A stretch of DNA of 62,496 nucleotides, filler included, from Squatina squatina (GCA_031763465.1; 3 parts of 3 records of this genome joined end to end with filler, not necessarily neighbours in it); one strand, 5' to 3'; positions 15,084-27,755 are shown, counted from the first letter of the whole stretch. Program-made: numbers and translations. The notes: generated by a model from the letters alone, not told the origin.

Positions 15084-15480
15084 GGAGTAGGCTATGTAAC
15101 CCTTCAAGACTGCTCCGCCACTGAACAAGATCATGGCTGATCTCGATCTCAACTCCACCTTCCCGCACTATCCCCATATCCCTTAATTCCCAAAAATCTT
15201 ATCGGCCTGTCTTGAATATACTCAACGACTGAGCATCCAGAACCCTCTGGGTTGGAGAATTCCAAAGATTCATCACCGTCTGAGTGAAGAAATTTCTCCT
15301 CATCTCAGTCCTAAATGTTCGACCCCTTATTCTGAGACTGTGACCCCTGGTTCTAGACTCCCCAGCCAGGAGAAACATCCTCTCAGCATTAGCCCTGTCA
15401 AGCCCCTGAAGAATTTTATATATGTTTCAATGAGATCAACTCTTATCCTTCTGAGCTCTCGGGAATATAGGCCTCATTAC
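15084..15480 (-). mobile_element. CR1/HER1-like LINE 3' end
   Basis: Antisense of ...SRTRGHSLRIRG..FRTEMRRNFFTQ.., plus tail. Confidence 0.8.
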
Positions 15481-16027
15481 TTTGATTATTTTTGTCAACG
15501 GTGCATTGGTTTTTTAGTGATTTGTGTACACGGGCACCAAAGTCTGAGGATTTTAAACTTCCCTTTAAACACTTGCCCTTCTGCCTGCAGCCTGCCCCCA
15601 GCACTACCGTTCACCCTCCTGGACAGGCCATCGTGTCACGTTTTGCTGGGCACCCCTCTGCTCGGCTGCTTAGCATGGAAGAGGCAGGAGGCCAGGAATG
15701 CCTCCCACAGGTCCCCGGGGAAGTCTGAGAGACAGCAGGGTACAGTGAGGGGACAGACACCTGACCAGGTCGGTCTAGGTCCCTTCTCCCCTTCCCGTGT
15801 ACTTGGGGAAAATGGGCATTCCCTGGAGCCAAAGTTCAGAAATATTGGGTAAATATAGGTGCAGGCCAAGTAGTAACTGACAGCATTCATTGTGCTGGAT
15901 TAGAAGTGAGAGGGGAAGGATCTGGTGTAACAGATTGCTATGCTGGATCAGGGATTGAGGTGTTTACTGGAATCATCCGCATTAGAAACTGTGTCACTGC
16001 TGCTTTATCCCCGGCATGATCACAAAC

Positions 16028-16205
16028 CTTAAAAGTCACGTGGGTGTCGGTCAGTAAAGGTCCTTCCACCTCTATTATGGGCATCGATTGGTCTCTGCTC
16101 ATCAGCTGGATATTGGCTCCTCCTATAGCTTCCAAACCGTCCATCAGACTGGGCCCACTGCTCCCATCCAAGGGGCTCAGTGCTTTCGCCAAAGTGTCAA
16201 ATGCC
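16028..16205 (-). CDS. NR2C2: Nuclear receptor TR4, hinge/LBD internal exon
   Basis: ctgcag acceptor and gtttgt donor. AFDTLAKALSPLDG...SRDQSMPIIEVEGPLLTDTHVTFK resembles human AFDTLAKAL...SRDQSTPIIEVEGPLLSDTHVTFK. Confidence 0.9.
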
Positions 16206-16974
16206 CTGCAGTAAAGAACACGTCACTAGTGCTTTGCTCCCACTCAGTGTAGTATCACATCACCACACAGCTACTACTAGAAACATACTCTGTATGCAAT
16301 ATATTGCCCTTTAAAAGCCCTATGCCATTTCTTGGATAACCCAGAATATGTACATTGCTTGAAGCGGCAGTCATGTGCGTGACTCCCAGCCTCCGAGAGA
16401 GTCCCGTTGGCCAAGTTGATGGTGTCCAGACTATGAAAGGAATGATAATGTTCAGAGATTCACTAGCACCTGCTACCTCCCCACGTGCACAGCTGGGTTG
16501 AATGCTATACAATGGAAAAATAAATGAGATACCTGACTGCCATTAAAGTGCACACTGTCAGCCACTTGCTGCAAAGCTCAGTGCGACACTAATGCACAGC
16601 AACAACTTGCATTTATACAGTGCCTTTAAAGTAACAAAACATCCCAAGGCACTTCACAGCAGCAATTATCACACAAAATTTGACACCAAGCCACATAAGG
16701 AGATATTGGCCCAGAAACTGCGGTCGGACACTTCTGACCTGAAAAATTTCAACCAAAGTACCTTGGGTCCCGGGAGGTTCGGAGACTTCTGGTCCTGTGC
16801 CTCGACGGGTACCCGCCGATAGTGGCCCACGTATCACAGGGTGGCACTTTNNNNNNNNNNNNNNNNNNNNNNNNNNNNNNNNNNNNNNNNNNNNNNNNNN
16901 NNNNNNNNNNNNNNNNNNNNNNNNNNNNNNNNNNNNNNNNNNNNNNNNNNTATTTAATTTTATCTACCTATAAC

Positions 16975-18010
16975 CTAAACTAGATTAAGTAATTAGTTTA
17001 AAAACTAAGCTATAAGCTAAGTTAATTAAATACATCAATTTTAATTAATTAAATAAATAAAACTAGGTTATATAAGGATGGCAGTGCATGTGATGTGCCG
17101 CAACTGTAGCATATGGGAGTTTGTGGCGAACATCGCGATCCCGGATGACCACGTCTGCAGTATGTGTCTGCATCTTAAGGAACTTCAGCTCAGAGATGCA
17201 GACATCGTGGGGCATCAGGGAGCAGAACTATTATCTAGACACATTGATCCAGGAGGCAATCACACCCCTTAAGTTAGGTAGTGGTACAGGTCTGGTTAAT
17301 GGTCAGAGACAGGAGTGTGTGACTGCAACTCAGGCAGGTAAGGGGACTCCAGGTGCAGTGCTGGAGGAGCCTCTGCCCTTGCCCATATAAAACAGGTGTG
17401 AAGTTCTTGCTGCCTGTGTGGATGAGGGAAAAGTCTGCAGGGTGGATGAGCAAACTATCCATTGCACCGTGTACAGGAGGCCATTCAAGTGGGGGGGACT
17501 GAAAAGGAATGCCATAGTTGTGGGGGACAGCAACCACTATNNNNNNNNNNCCGGGTGCCAGATTTAAGGATGTTTCCTCGTGACTGGAGAAGAATTTGGA
17601 GTGGGAGGGGGAAGATCCAATTGTTGCGCTCCACGTAGGAATCATCAACATAAGTACAACTAGGAATGAGGTTCTGCTGAGAGAGTTTGAGGAGCGAGGG
17701 TGCAAATTAAAATGCAGAACCTCAAAGGGAATAATCTTTGGATTGTTACCTAATCCATGTGCAAATTGGCACAGGGACAAGCAGATCAGAGAGCTAAATG
17801 CATGGCTCAAAGAGTGGTGTGGGAGGACGAGGTTTTAATTCGTGGGGCACTGGCATGAGTAATGGGGAAAGGGGGAGCTGTTCCTTTGGAACGGGCTCCA
17901 CTTCAACAGTGTCCTGGCGAATCGAATAACTCAAGCGTTAAATTAAAAAGGGGAGGGGAGAGGTCAGGCGAGGGGAAATTTAGAAGTCGAAGCAATGGAG
18001 CAGTGTAATG
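16975..18010 (+). mobile_element. CR1 LINE 5' part: AT-rich UTR plus degenerate ORF1 (CxxC zinc finger/leucine zipper and SGNH esterase)
   Basis: MCRNCSIWEF..HVCSMCLHLKELQLR, IVVGDS, LHVGIINI, ELNAWLKEWCGR..F. Frameshifts and stops present. Confidence 0.8.
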
Positions 18011-18399
18011 ANNNNNNNNNNNNNNNNNNNNNNNNNNNNNNNNNNNNNNNNNNNNNNNNNNNNNNNNNNNNNNNNNNNNNNNNNNNNNNNNNNNNNNNNN
18101 NNNNNNNNNNNGTGTGAGCAACAAAGATTATAAAAATTGTACTCATTTCAAATCTGACTGCCTCTCACTCTCACACTGTTTGTTATTTTGCCGTCTTTCT
18201 CAATGAAATGATTCACTTCCAAACATTACTTTACTTCGTACATTTTCAATCTTTTAATATTGCAGCAGATTTTGATCATAATGGGCTTTGGACATAAAAG
18301 GTCACCTGTGTTAATTGTTTGAAACTAGGTGGAGACATAACATTACTTGCACAATTAACACAGAATTAGGATGATGCCATGAGTTAGTGCTGGTGTCGG

Positions 18400-18685
18400 T
18401 GATGCAGTTACACCCTCACCACCACATTTCATGACCTAGTCCCGATGAAAACAATTACTCTCTCTCACCCTAACCATTCCCCCTAGTGCGGCCCTCTCCT
18501 TTGCTCCATAAGTCCAAGGGACACAGACTTGAATGGATATGGCGGACACTGGTTTAACCATTCACCGCCAGATCTGGCTGGACCACATAAAGCAGTATCT
18601 GGTCATGATCTCATCTGCTAAAATTGCACACTGTTCCAGAATCATCCTGGAATGTAAAGATAATCCCTGGCTTCTATTCTCCACT
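18400..18685 (+). mobile_element. L2-like LINE ORF2 fragment
   Basis: IHRQIWLDHIKQY...SAKIAH.SRIILECKDNPWLLFST, typical of the L2 region between EN and RT. Confidence 0.55.
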
Positions 18686-19804
18686 NNNNNNNNNNNNNNN
18701 NNNNNNNNNNNNNNNNNNNNNNNNNNNNNNNNNNNNNNNNNNNNNNNNNNNNNNNNNNNNNNNNNNNNNNNNNNNNNNNNNNNNNGGACGATAACAATAA
18801 TAATCCCCCCTCATACCCTAGGCCTCGTATCCTATATTTTGCATGTCTTCAATATCTCTGGAGACAAATGGAGTTAACATTCCACGATATAAATCATTTA
18901 AGCTGCTTTATTTCACAATGCTTGAACATACAGAGCAACAGAGTTCAGACTCACATGGTTCATTTAGTGCAACTTATCTTCACGTAATGATACAAAAACA
19001 AGAAGACATCACATTTCCTAATCAGTGGGTCATCGTACTTCACTTCAATAACTTCTAACAGATCTCTAACCTCTTCACCCTAGTGAAAACCTCACAACTT
19101 TCTCTTTTAGAATTTGCCTGCCAGCACAGCCTCTTGTTTCAAAAGGCCTGTCTCTATTTATCTCTCTTCTCACCGACACATGGATCAAAGGGATTTCCAA
19201 CGACTTGTTATTTGATTGTGGACAAGCTAACATTGTTTATTGTTTAGGCTCTGGGGGAAAATCACTTCCATTTGATTTATTAACCACCGTTCATCTGGGT
19301 GGCTGGCCGGTACGTGCTTTGCATAAAATATGTCGAAAATAACTCTTATTTTCAAATCCTTCTTGGAAAAATGGTTCAAAAAAAAATCCTGGAAAGTGAC
19401 ACCACACGTGTGATTGTGAGAACTGAAATTGGAGACTGCTGCAAAGAAACAGATTAAATTTTTTATAGTTCAAGAAAGTAAAACCTTTGTACGATGTACG
19501 ATGTAAGAAAAGGCTGACATTGATGAGCATGTTGTACAGCAGTTACATGGATTAATGAGCTTCAGGACCTGCTGTGGAAGACTGAACTAGACATTGTCAA
19601 GATGCAGACAAGCCCAGTTCTCATCAATATTCCATTTGTGATTTTGAAAACTAAGAAATGGGAAGTAAAAGGCAAAAGTTTTCTTTTTCTTTTTGTGACT
19701 TCCCTTTTAATTAGTTTAAAACATTTTTAATGTTAGTAAAGAGTGGACAGGACAGTCTGCTTGTCATTTATCTTAATAACAACAATTTTCAATTACATAA
19801 GTGA

Positions 19805-20340
19805 AACAGCGATTTACTTGTACTTTTTGAGGTTTAGTATACTGTATTTGCCGCTCACGATGCGGTCCCCTCTACATTGGGGAGACCAAATGCAGATTGG
19901 GTGATCGCTTTGCAGAACACCTCCATTCAGTCCGTCAGGGTGACCCTGAGCTTCTGGTCACCTGTCACTTTAATTCTCCGCTCCACTCCCACTCTGACCT
20001 CTCCGTCCTCTGCCTCATGCATTGTTCCAACGAAGCTCAATATAAGCTCGAGGAACAGCACCTCATCTTTCATTTAGGCACTTTACAGTCTTCTGGACTC
20101 AACATCGAGTTCCACAATTTCAGACCATAACTTCTACCCTTTTTTTTCCCCCCTCTCACATGGCAGCTGTTGATGATTCTGCCATTCCCATTTACACCTC
20201 ATCTAGTCATCTTTTGTTTCTTAACTTGTTCCATTACCATTCCTTTTGCCTTGCACCACCATCCCTTTTGTCTTTTAATTTCTCCTATCTCCCATCCTAT
20301 TACAGACCTTCCCTTTTGTTCTTTCCTACCCTCCCCCCTT
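19805..20340 (+). mobile_element. Penelope-like element 3' end (GIY-YIG endonuclease fragment)
   Basis: VYCICRSRCGPLYIGETKCRLGDRFAEHL...HFNSPLHSH...LEEQHLIFHLGTLQSSGLNIEF. Confidence 0.85.
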
Positions 20341-20471
20341 TCTCCAATCTGGAGTATTGTGTACAGTTTTGNNNNNNNNNNNNNNNNNNNNNNNNNNNNN
20401 NNNNNNNNNNNNNNNNNNNNNNNNNNNNNNNNNNNNNNNNNNNNNNNNNNNNNNNNNNNNNNNNNNNNNNN

Positions 20472-21397
20472 TTCCATGAATTGAAACTCCTTCCTCCCAC
20501 AACACTCTTTGAGCCACACATTTAACTCTGAGATCTGCTTGACCCTATGCCAATTTGCACGTGGCTCAGGTAGTACTCGAGATTATTACGCTTGAGGTTC
20601 TGCCTATTAATTTAGACCCTAGCTCCTCAAACTCCCTCAGCAGAACCTCATTCTTCGTTCTACCTATGATGTCAGTTCTTATGTGGACCACGACAGCTGG
20701 ATTCTCCTACTCATGCTCCAAGTTCTTAGTCAGTCGCTAGGAGATATACTTAACTCTGGCACTGGGTAAGCATTACAGCATTTGGGCTCTCTTTCACAGC
20801 TGCAGAGAACAGTATCTATCCTCCGAACTATACGGTCCCCTTCCATTACCGCATTCCATTTTTCATCACCCCCCCATTTGAATGGCCCCTGTACCACGGT
20901 CAGTTTGCCCATCCTTCCTGCAGTCCTTTTTCGCATCCATACAGGTAGCAAGTACCTCATGTCTGGTGGATAAGGTCAAGGGTTGAAGCTCCTCCATCGC
21001 TCTGTCCTGGGTCCCCACACCTTCCTGACTTGCAGTCACATCCTCCTGTCCCTGACCACTGATCACCTCTAACATACTGTTTAACTGAAGGGATGTGTGT
21101 GACTGCCTCCTTGAATAAAGTATTCAATTAACTCTCTCCCCTCCCTGATGCATCACACGGTCGGCAGCTCGGACTCCAGCCCAACAAGTCTGAGCTGAAG
21201 TTCGAGTTGCAGAGACTTCCCATAGATGTGATTGCTTGGGCTCTTGCTGGTCTCCACAAACTCCCACATGCTGCAGTTGCGGCACACCACCTGCACCGCC
21301 ATCCCTATAGAACCTTGTTTGATTTAATTTAAGTATATGCATTTAATTAACTTAGCTAGTAGTTCAGTTTTTAAGTAATTACTTGATCTAGTTTAAG
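20472..21397 (-). mobile_element. CR1 LINE 5' part / ORF1 esterase, same family as 16975-18010
   Basis: Antisense WLKECCGRKEFQFM and AVMEGDRIVR, with the same AT-rich leader (aaactagat.aagtaatta...gttaattaaat). Confidence 0.75.
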
Positions 21398-21556
21398 NNN
21401 NNNNNNNNNNNNNNNNNNNNNNNNNNNNNNNNNNNNNNNNNNNNNNNNNNNNNNNNNNNNNNNNNNNNNNNNNNNNNNNNNNNNNNNNNNNNNNNNNCTG
21501 TGTGATCAGGTTTGCGAGACAGAGATTGCTCAGATACATTGGAACCAAGAGCCAAG

Positions 21557-21991
21557 ATGGAAATACTGAAAGAAGCGGAAATGTTAGTAAATGATCAGCC
21601 TGGAGCAGCGGAGACTCCTGGACCCAGCCAGCAAGGGCTGGTCCCTCAGGACACAGACAGCTTTCAGTGTTTTGTGTGTGGGAAGCGTTTCAGGTGGCCC
21701 TGCCTGTTGAAAAAGCACCTACGTGTTCACACAGGAGAGAAACCGTTTGAGTGTGCAGAGTGTAAGAAGCGATTTAGTAAATCCAGTAACTTGATAAGAC
21801 ACCAGCGATTTCACAGAGGAGAGAAACCGTTTGAGTGCAATGTTTGCACAAAGCGTTTTTCCACCTGCAACGACTTGAAAGTGCACCAGCGGATTCACAC
21901 TGGAGAGAGACCGTTCGAATGTAGGGTGTGTAACAAGCGATTTTACACATCCGGTCACTTGATACGGCATCTGCAAATCCACACTGACTAG
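21557..21991 (+). CDS. C2H2 zinc-finger protein, 4 fingers (paralog A)
   Basis: gccaagATGg Kozak context. Four CxxC..HxxxH fingers with HTGEKPF-type linkers. Decayed finger remnants follow the stop. Confidence 0.85.
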   Translation: MEILKEAEMLVNDQPGAAETPGPSQQGLVPQDTDSFQCFVCGKRFRWPCLLKKHLRVHTGEKPFECAECKKRFSKSSNLIRHQRFHRGEKPFECNVCTKRFSTCNDLKVHQRIHTGERPFECRVCNKRFYTSGHLIRHLQIHTD

Positions 21992-22339
21992 AAACTGCAT
22001 GATTTGCACGGCGTAAAAAGAAGTTTGACACATTCTGTCAATTGCGAGAGTTACAAAGGTTTCACACTGGTGAGATACTGTTGGATGCACTGGAGTAGGT
22101 CGGAGATTTCTNNNNNNNNNNNNNNNNNNNNNNNNNNNNNNNNNNNNNNNNNNNNNNNNNNNNNNNNNNNNNNNNNNNNNNNNNNNNNNNNNNNNNNNNN
22201 NNNNNNNNNNNTTTGAGGCTGCTGCTGAAACGGTGTTGGGGTTTTGTTGTATGTGAGAACCCAAAGGGTGTTTACTGATTCATGTGTTCTGTGTCTTCCA
22301 GTTTGCTACACAAGACTGCTCAGATACTCTGGAGCCAAG

Positions 22340-23038
22340 ATGGAAATACTGAAAGAAGCGGAAATGTTAATAAATGATCAGCCTGGATCAGCGGAGACTC
22401 CTGGACCCAGTCAGCAGGAGTCTGTCCCTCAGGAAGGTGGGGGCTTTCAGTGTTTTGTGTGTGGGAAGAGCTTCAGGTGGCCCCATCTTTTGAAAATGCA
22501 CCTCCGAGTTCACACAGGAGAGAAACCGTTCGAATGCATGCTATGTAAAAAGCGATTTAATAAATCTAGTTATTTAACAGTACATCAACGATATCACACA
22601 GGGGAGAAACCATTCGAATGTACAGAGTGTAAAAAGCGGTTTTGCACATCTCGTGATCTGAAAACGCATCAACGAACTCACACTGGGGAGAAGCCGTTTG
22701 AATGCAGTGTGTGTAAGAGGCGGTTCGGGCAGTCCGCTAACTTAATACATCATCAGCGAACTCACACGGGTGAGAAACCCTTTGAATGTTCAGTGTGTAA
22801 AAAGCGTTTTGGCAAATCCAGTAATTTGATCCAACATCAGCGATTTCACACAGGAGAGAGGCCGTTTGAGTGTACTGCGTGTAAAAGACAATTTTATACA
22901 TCTGGTCAATTAACACGGCATTACCAAACTCACACTGGTGAGAAACCGTTCGAGTGTACAGTGTGTAGAAAGCACTTTTATACATCTGGCTGCTTGACCA
23001 GACATCAACGAATTCACACCAGCCACAAATCGCTGTAA
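22340..23038 (+). CDS. C2H2 zinc-finger protein, 7 fingers (paralog B)
   Basis: Same N-terminus [16 protein letters not shown]. Seven tandem fingers with TGEKPF/TGERPF linkers. Candidate acceptor tcttccag at 22301. Confidence 0.9.
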   Translation: MEILKEAEMLINDQPGSAETPGPSQQESVPQEGGGFQCFVCGKSFRWPHLLKMHLRVHTGEKPFECMLCKKRFNKSSYLTVHQRYHTGEKPFECTECKKRFCTSRDLKTHQRTHTGEKPFECSVCKRRFGQSANLIHHQRTHTGEKPFECSVCKKRFGKSSNLIQHQRFHTGERPFECTACKRQFYTSGQLTRHYQTHTGEKPFECTVCRKHFYTSGCLTRHQRIHTSHKSL

Positions 23039-23886
23039 TGTTCAATGTTTGCCCAGTCCAGTGACTTGATCCAGTCTCAGCGGATTAACATTGGAGAGAC
23101 ACAGTTGAATGCAGCGGATTAGGTTGGAGATTCTGAAAGTGAGTGCACACCCTGGCCAGTAAAACAATTGTGGAATTACGATATTCACTCTGTTCTGTCT
23201 TCATTTATGTCTTTTAGGGACTAATTAAACCCGTTTGAACGAGTGCAATGTTTACTGATCAATTCACTGACTGCCTCCTCCATAAAATCACACTGAAATG
23301 TTGGATGATTAAATCCCAGCATGTTCCACGGTAATCATTCTTACCTGCTGTTACCTTAAACTTTGCTTGTTGAGGACACGAATCTCCTTCCTGTGTTATG
23401 CAGACCAGTCCTACAACCCCTTGTGCACTAAAACATCACCTCCNNNNNNNNNNNNNNNNNNNNNNNNNNNNNNNNNNNNNNNNNNNNNNNNNNNNNNNNN
23501 NNNNNNNNNNNNNNNNNNNNNNNNNNNNNNNNNNNNNNNNNNNGTGGTGGAGGGAGTGAATGTTTAATGTGGTAGATGGGCTGCTGATCAAGTGGACTGC
23601 TTTGTCCTGGATGGTGGTCCTTACAAACCCACCCTGCCATTTACCACTCATTGTATGGTGTCACTATGTCGTTGAACAGAGTTTTGGTCGGGAATGAGCA
23701 GAACATAGAACATAGAAAATACAGCACATAACAGGCCCTTCGGCAATTTGTTTGATTTGACATTCCTCGATCAACAGTATTCATAAGTGGGCCTCAAGAT
23801 CAATCTATTGACGAATGTGGAATCACAACTAAAGTTAAAAAGAGCAGAGTGAATTCACAATAATTTTTATCTTTGTTTTTAAACAG

Positions 23887-24023
23887 GGAATGGACCCTCA
23901 GCCATTTGTCTATCCTACTTCCTGTCTGGATATAGGCCTTACTTCAAGGAATCTTCAATCCATCCTAATCCCATTCTACAGCGGAAATTGGAGGAGAATC
24001 TGGGAATATCCATCGTAGAACAG
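23887..24023 (+). CDS. OSGIN1: Oxidative stress-induced growth inhibitor, single internal exon (closer to OSGIN1 than OSGIN2)
   Basis: aaacag acceptor and gtaaca donor. GNGPSAICLSYFLSGYRPYFKESSIHPNPILQRKLEENLGISIVEQ resembles human GNGPSGICLSYLLSGYTPY..IHPHPLLQRKL..GVSILDQ. Read manually. Confidence 0.8.
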
Positions 24024-24249
24024 GTAACAATAAGCAGGACTGTTTGAGGTGGAGAGCCAATGTCAGCAAGTCTCTCCCGCGCGCTCTCTCTCTCTCTCTC
24101 TCTCAGCTTGATTCTCAAATGTATTTTGAACCTGACTTTTGTAGAATCCTAGAAACTTACAGCACAGAAAGAGTCCATTCAGCCCATCATGCCTGTGCTG
24201 GCTCTTAGAAAGAGCAGTCGTGCTTAGTCCCACATCCCTGCCTTTGTCC

Positions 24250-24349
24250 NNNNNNNNNNNNNNNNNNNNNNNNNNNNNNNNNNNNNNNNNNNNTTAATTA
24301 ATTAANNNNNNNNNNNNNNNNNNNNNNNNNNNNNNNNNNNNNNNNNNNN
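24250..24349. other. Artificial scaffold-joining spacer
   Basis: 44 N + TTAATTAATTAA (stop codons in all six frames) + 44 N. Confidence 0.95.
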
Positions 24350-24362
24350 TTTAATTTTCCAG

Positions 24363-24512
24363 CTAGTGGCAACCACATGATCTTACCACCATGTTTCTAT
24401 ATTTCTTTAATATTACATTTGAACTGTCATCGAAGTACAGCACAGAGATTGCATTTAGCTTAGTTGGTGCACAGCAAGGTTTGGGGACGTTGTCAGGGAA
24501 CATCAAGTGAAC
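24363..24512 (-). CDS. BMP5: Bone morphogenetic protein 5, last exon (mature TGF-beta domain C-terminus)
   Basis: tttgcag acceptor, then [49 protein letters not shown]. Read manually. Confidence 0.95.
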   Translation of the reverse strand, partial: VHLMFPDNVPKPCCAPTKLNAISVLYFDDSSNVILKKYRNMVVRSCGCH

Positions 24513-24703
24513 CTGCAAATGGAAACAAAATTCTTAAATCAACGTACATGTTCAAAACTACCGTACTCAGAGAAAAATAAAAGTTATTGACCTATTAGAT
24601 GATAGATTGTTTCATAAGCCTTCAAGGCCTTGGGGCAGACCTATGATCCCCAAAGTAAATGAAAAAACACAGCCAACTTATAGTATGCTGTATAAAATGC
24701 AAT

Positions 24704-25290
24704 GGCCCTGAATTTGCGTTCCCCACAGGCATGTACGAGGTGTGCACATGCCCGTAGGGGTCCCGCAAATTCCGGGTTTAGGGATGCGAATCTTCTCGAC
24801 TGATCGCACGTATCTGGAAGTAAAAAGGCCTCCGCGGGCCTTGCTCAACTTCTGCCCAGCGAATGCACTTGAAATTCTTATGCTGGTAAAAGCAGGTGTA
24901 AGGTCTGCATTTACTAGTGTAGGAGTTTAAAAAAATAGAAAAATAAAATTTTAGCACTTATTTATATATTAAGAACCGTGTCCATTATGGTAAGTTTATT
25001 TTTAACCCTGTTAAAACATATAGGCCCTGAAATTCCGATCTGATGCTTCCTGCCTCTGATTGCAATTTACTCTACGTACTTACCAAAAGGTCCTGGATCC
25101 ACGCGAGTTTGCGATCTTCAGCCCCCCCGAGTTGGAGATTCGGAGCGGGGCTGTCTAGATTCCCGGACAAGTCAAATTGAAGAGGCTGGAGAGGTCACAT
25201 GGGAGGCCCCAGCCAATCAGGTAGGTGTAATTTTCATTGAAGTTTTGACAGTTCTCAGCGATCTGTCAAGAACTGTCAAAACTTCAATAA
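24704..25290. mobile_element. Non-autonomous DNA-transposon-like repeat(s) with GGCCCTGAA(A/T)TT termini
   Basis: Termini at 24704 and 25023. The internal gcaaattccgggtttaggg is the reverse complement of 49905-49923. Confidence 0.55.
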
Positions 25291-27557
25291 AAGATGAAAA
25301 ACAACACANNNNNNNNNNNNNNNNNNNNNNNNNNNNNNNNNNNNNNNNNNNNNNNNNNNNNNNNNNNNNNNNNNNNNNNNNNNNNNNNNNNNNNNNNNNN
25401 NNNNNNNNAAGCTCCGGAATTCCCTCCCTAAACCTCTCTGCCTCTCTACCTCTCTTTCCTCCTTTAACATGCTCCTTAAAACCTATCTCTTTGCACCTGT
25501 CCTAATTTCTCCTTATGTGGCTCAGTGTCAATTTTTTTTGTCTTATAATACTCCTGTGAAGCACCTTGTTGTTGATGTCTCGGAGTATGGTTCTATGTGC
25601 GCCCTTTGAACTATAGTGTCTTGCCCAATTGTCCATGTGTTGGTAGACTATTCAACCATGGAGGACATCACAGCTGAACCTGATGCTCTCTGCAACCAAC
25701 ATTGACCCGTGCACACTTCCAACAGCAGATGCTCACTAGTGATCAGGAGTGTGAACCTGGGTGATTCCTCCCTAACCCATGGCTGCCGTGACCAATTTCA
25801 CATCCTTGGTGGAATCCTGCTACCTCAGCACAGCCCAGGGATTGAATCCTAAGCCACAAGGGGAGCTCGCAAAACCTTTCCAATAGTATTGAATTGAATT
25901 CTCATTTGTATACTTGACTGAAACGCCTCTGATTGCTTGAGATGTTGAGTGATGGTTGTCAGTTTTATGCAGGTGAATTGCTTTCGCTGTACAATTTGAC
26001 AGGAAAACTGGCAATTTCTTCACACCACTGAAGTCTCACCCTGGCCTTGAAATATACTGTATGTGTTTGACTAGTTCTTTCAAATGTGGTTTTAATTATC
26101 ACAATTAAAAATGACATTTTTGTCATACTGTTTCAATTGAGTTTTAAGTACAGTATTTAAGGCATTCAAAATCAGTTTTACACTATGTCAAACATAATCA
26201 CACTCATTATCTAGAAACAGATGTCATTACCAGTTAGGGAAGCAGAAAGGAAAACAAAACAATGGAGCTACAAAGATAAAACAATGAAAAGAATAGNNNN
26301 NNNNNNNNNNNNNNNNNNNNNNNNNNNNNNNNNNNNNNNNNNNNNNNNNNNNNNNNNNNNNNNNNNNNNNNNNNNNNNNNNNNNNNNNNNNNNNNNNNNN
26401 NNNNNNNNNNNNNNNNNNNNNNNNNNNNNNNNNNNNNNNNNNNNNNNNNNNNNNNNNNNNNNNNNNNNNNNNNNNNNNNNNNNNNNNNNNNNNNNNNNNN
26501 NNNNNNNNNNNNNNNNNNNNNNNNNNNNNNNNNNNNNNNNNNNNNNNNNNNNNNNNNNNNNNNNNNNNNNNNNNNNNNNNNNNNNNNNNNNNNNNNNNNN
26601 NNNNNNNNNNNNNNNNNNNNNNNNNNNNNNNNNNNNNNNNNNNNNNNNNNNNNNNNNNNNNNNNNNNNNNNNNNNNNNNNNNNNNNNNNNNNNNNNNNNN
26701 NNNNNNNNNNNNNNNNNNNNNNNNNNNNNNNNNNNNNNNNNNNNNNNNNNNNNNNNNNNNNNNNNNNNNNNNNNNNNNNNNNNNNNNNNNNNNNNNNNNN
26801 NNNNNNNNNNNNNNNNNNNNNNNNNNNNNNNNNNNNNNNNNNNNNNNNNNNNNNNNNNNNNNNNNNNNNNNNNNNNNNNNNNNNNNNNNNNNNNNNNNNN
26901 NNNNNNNNNNNNNNNNNNNNNNNNNNNNNNNNNNNNNNNNNNNNNNNNNNNNNNNNNNNNNNNNNNNNNNNNNNNNNNNNNNNNNNNNNNNNNNNNNNNN
27001 NNNNNNNNNNNNNNNNNNNNNNNNNNNNNNNNNNNNNNNNNNNNNNNNNNNNNNNNNNNNNNNNNNNNNNNNNNNNNNNNNNNNNNNNNNNNNNNNNNNN
27101 NNNNNNNNNNNNNNNNNNNNNNNNNNNNNNNNNNNNNNNNNNNNNNNNNNNNNNNNNNNNNNNNNNNNNNNNNNNNNNNNNNNNNNNNNNNNNNNNNNNN
27201 NNNGTTAAGGATGATAGATGAACATTTCCTAATCAAAGTCTTCCTTTAGATTTCCAGGAAAAAGCAAGTATGATTATGAAATGATCGAACCAAGTAGAAA
27301 AGTAAGAGACAAAAGTGTACTGAAATCTAGGGTACTTTTGTGCCACCATCCCAGTTTACTTTAATCAGGACATTCAGAAAGAAAGACCACGTGAAGACTT
27401 TCAAAAGGAGCAACAGCCGAGGGAGAAATTTTCTGTGTGTAATATATGTAGCAAATTTGTAAAAACATTTATAAGGAACACCCTGCCAATTTCGCTACCC
27501 GTAGCACACAGAGGAAATTTTCCCATGAATTTAAGGTGCAAGGTTAGGTTTTCCTAC

Positions 27558-27755
27558 CTCCAGGGCTGGATAATTTTGAGGAATCTTGCGAGCTACTGGA
27601 TTTGTTTCGGTTTTGGTTTTTCCGTTTACTATTGGCAGCCCTCACAGAACGAAGCAGCACTTCACTGGCTTTGAAAAAGGCCACCATAAACGGCTGCTTT
27701 GACTGTGGTCCGTGCCTTCCTATTAGGCCAGCTGATCTGATGTTAATGGTGCGAC
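27558..27755 (-). CDS. BMP5: BMP5 exon spanning the furin cleavage site (RSVR)
   Basis: ttttag acceptor and gtagg donor. [55 protein letters not shown]. Confidence 0.93.

Noticed and set aside
15340-15852. 170-aa ORF
   Set aside because: It starts within an antisense CR1 tail inside an NR2C2 intron and has no coherent domain.
26221-27249. 342-aa and 322-aa ORFs
   Set aside because: Almost entirely N gap.
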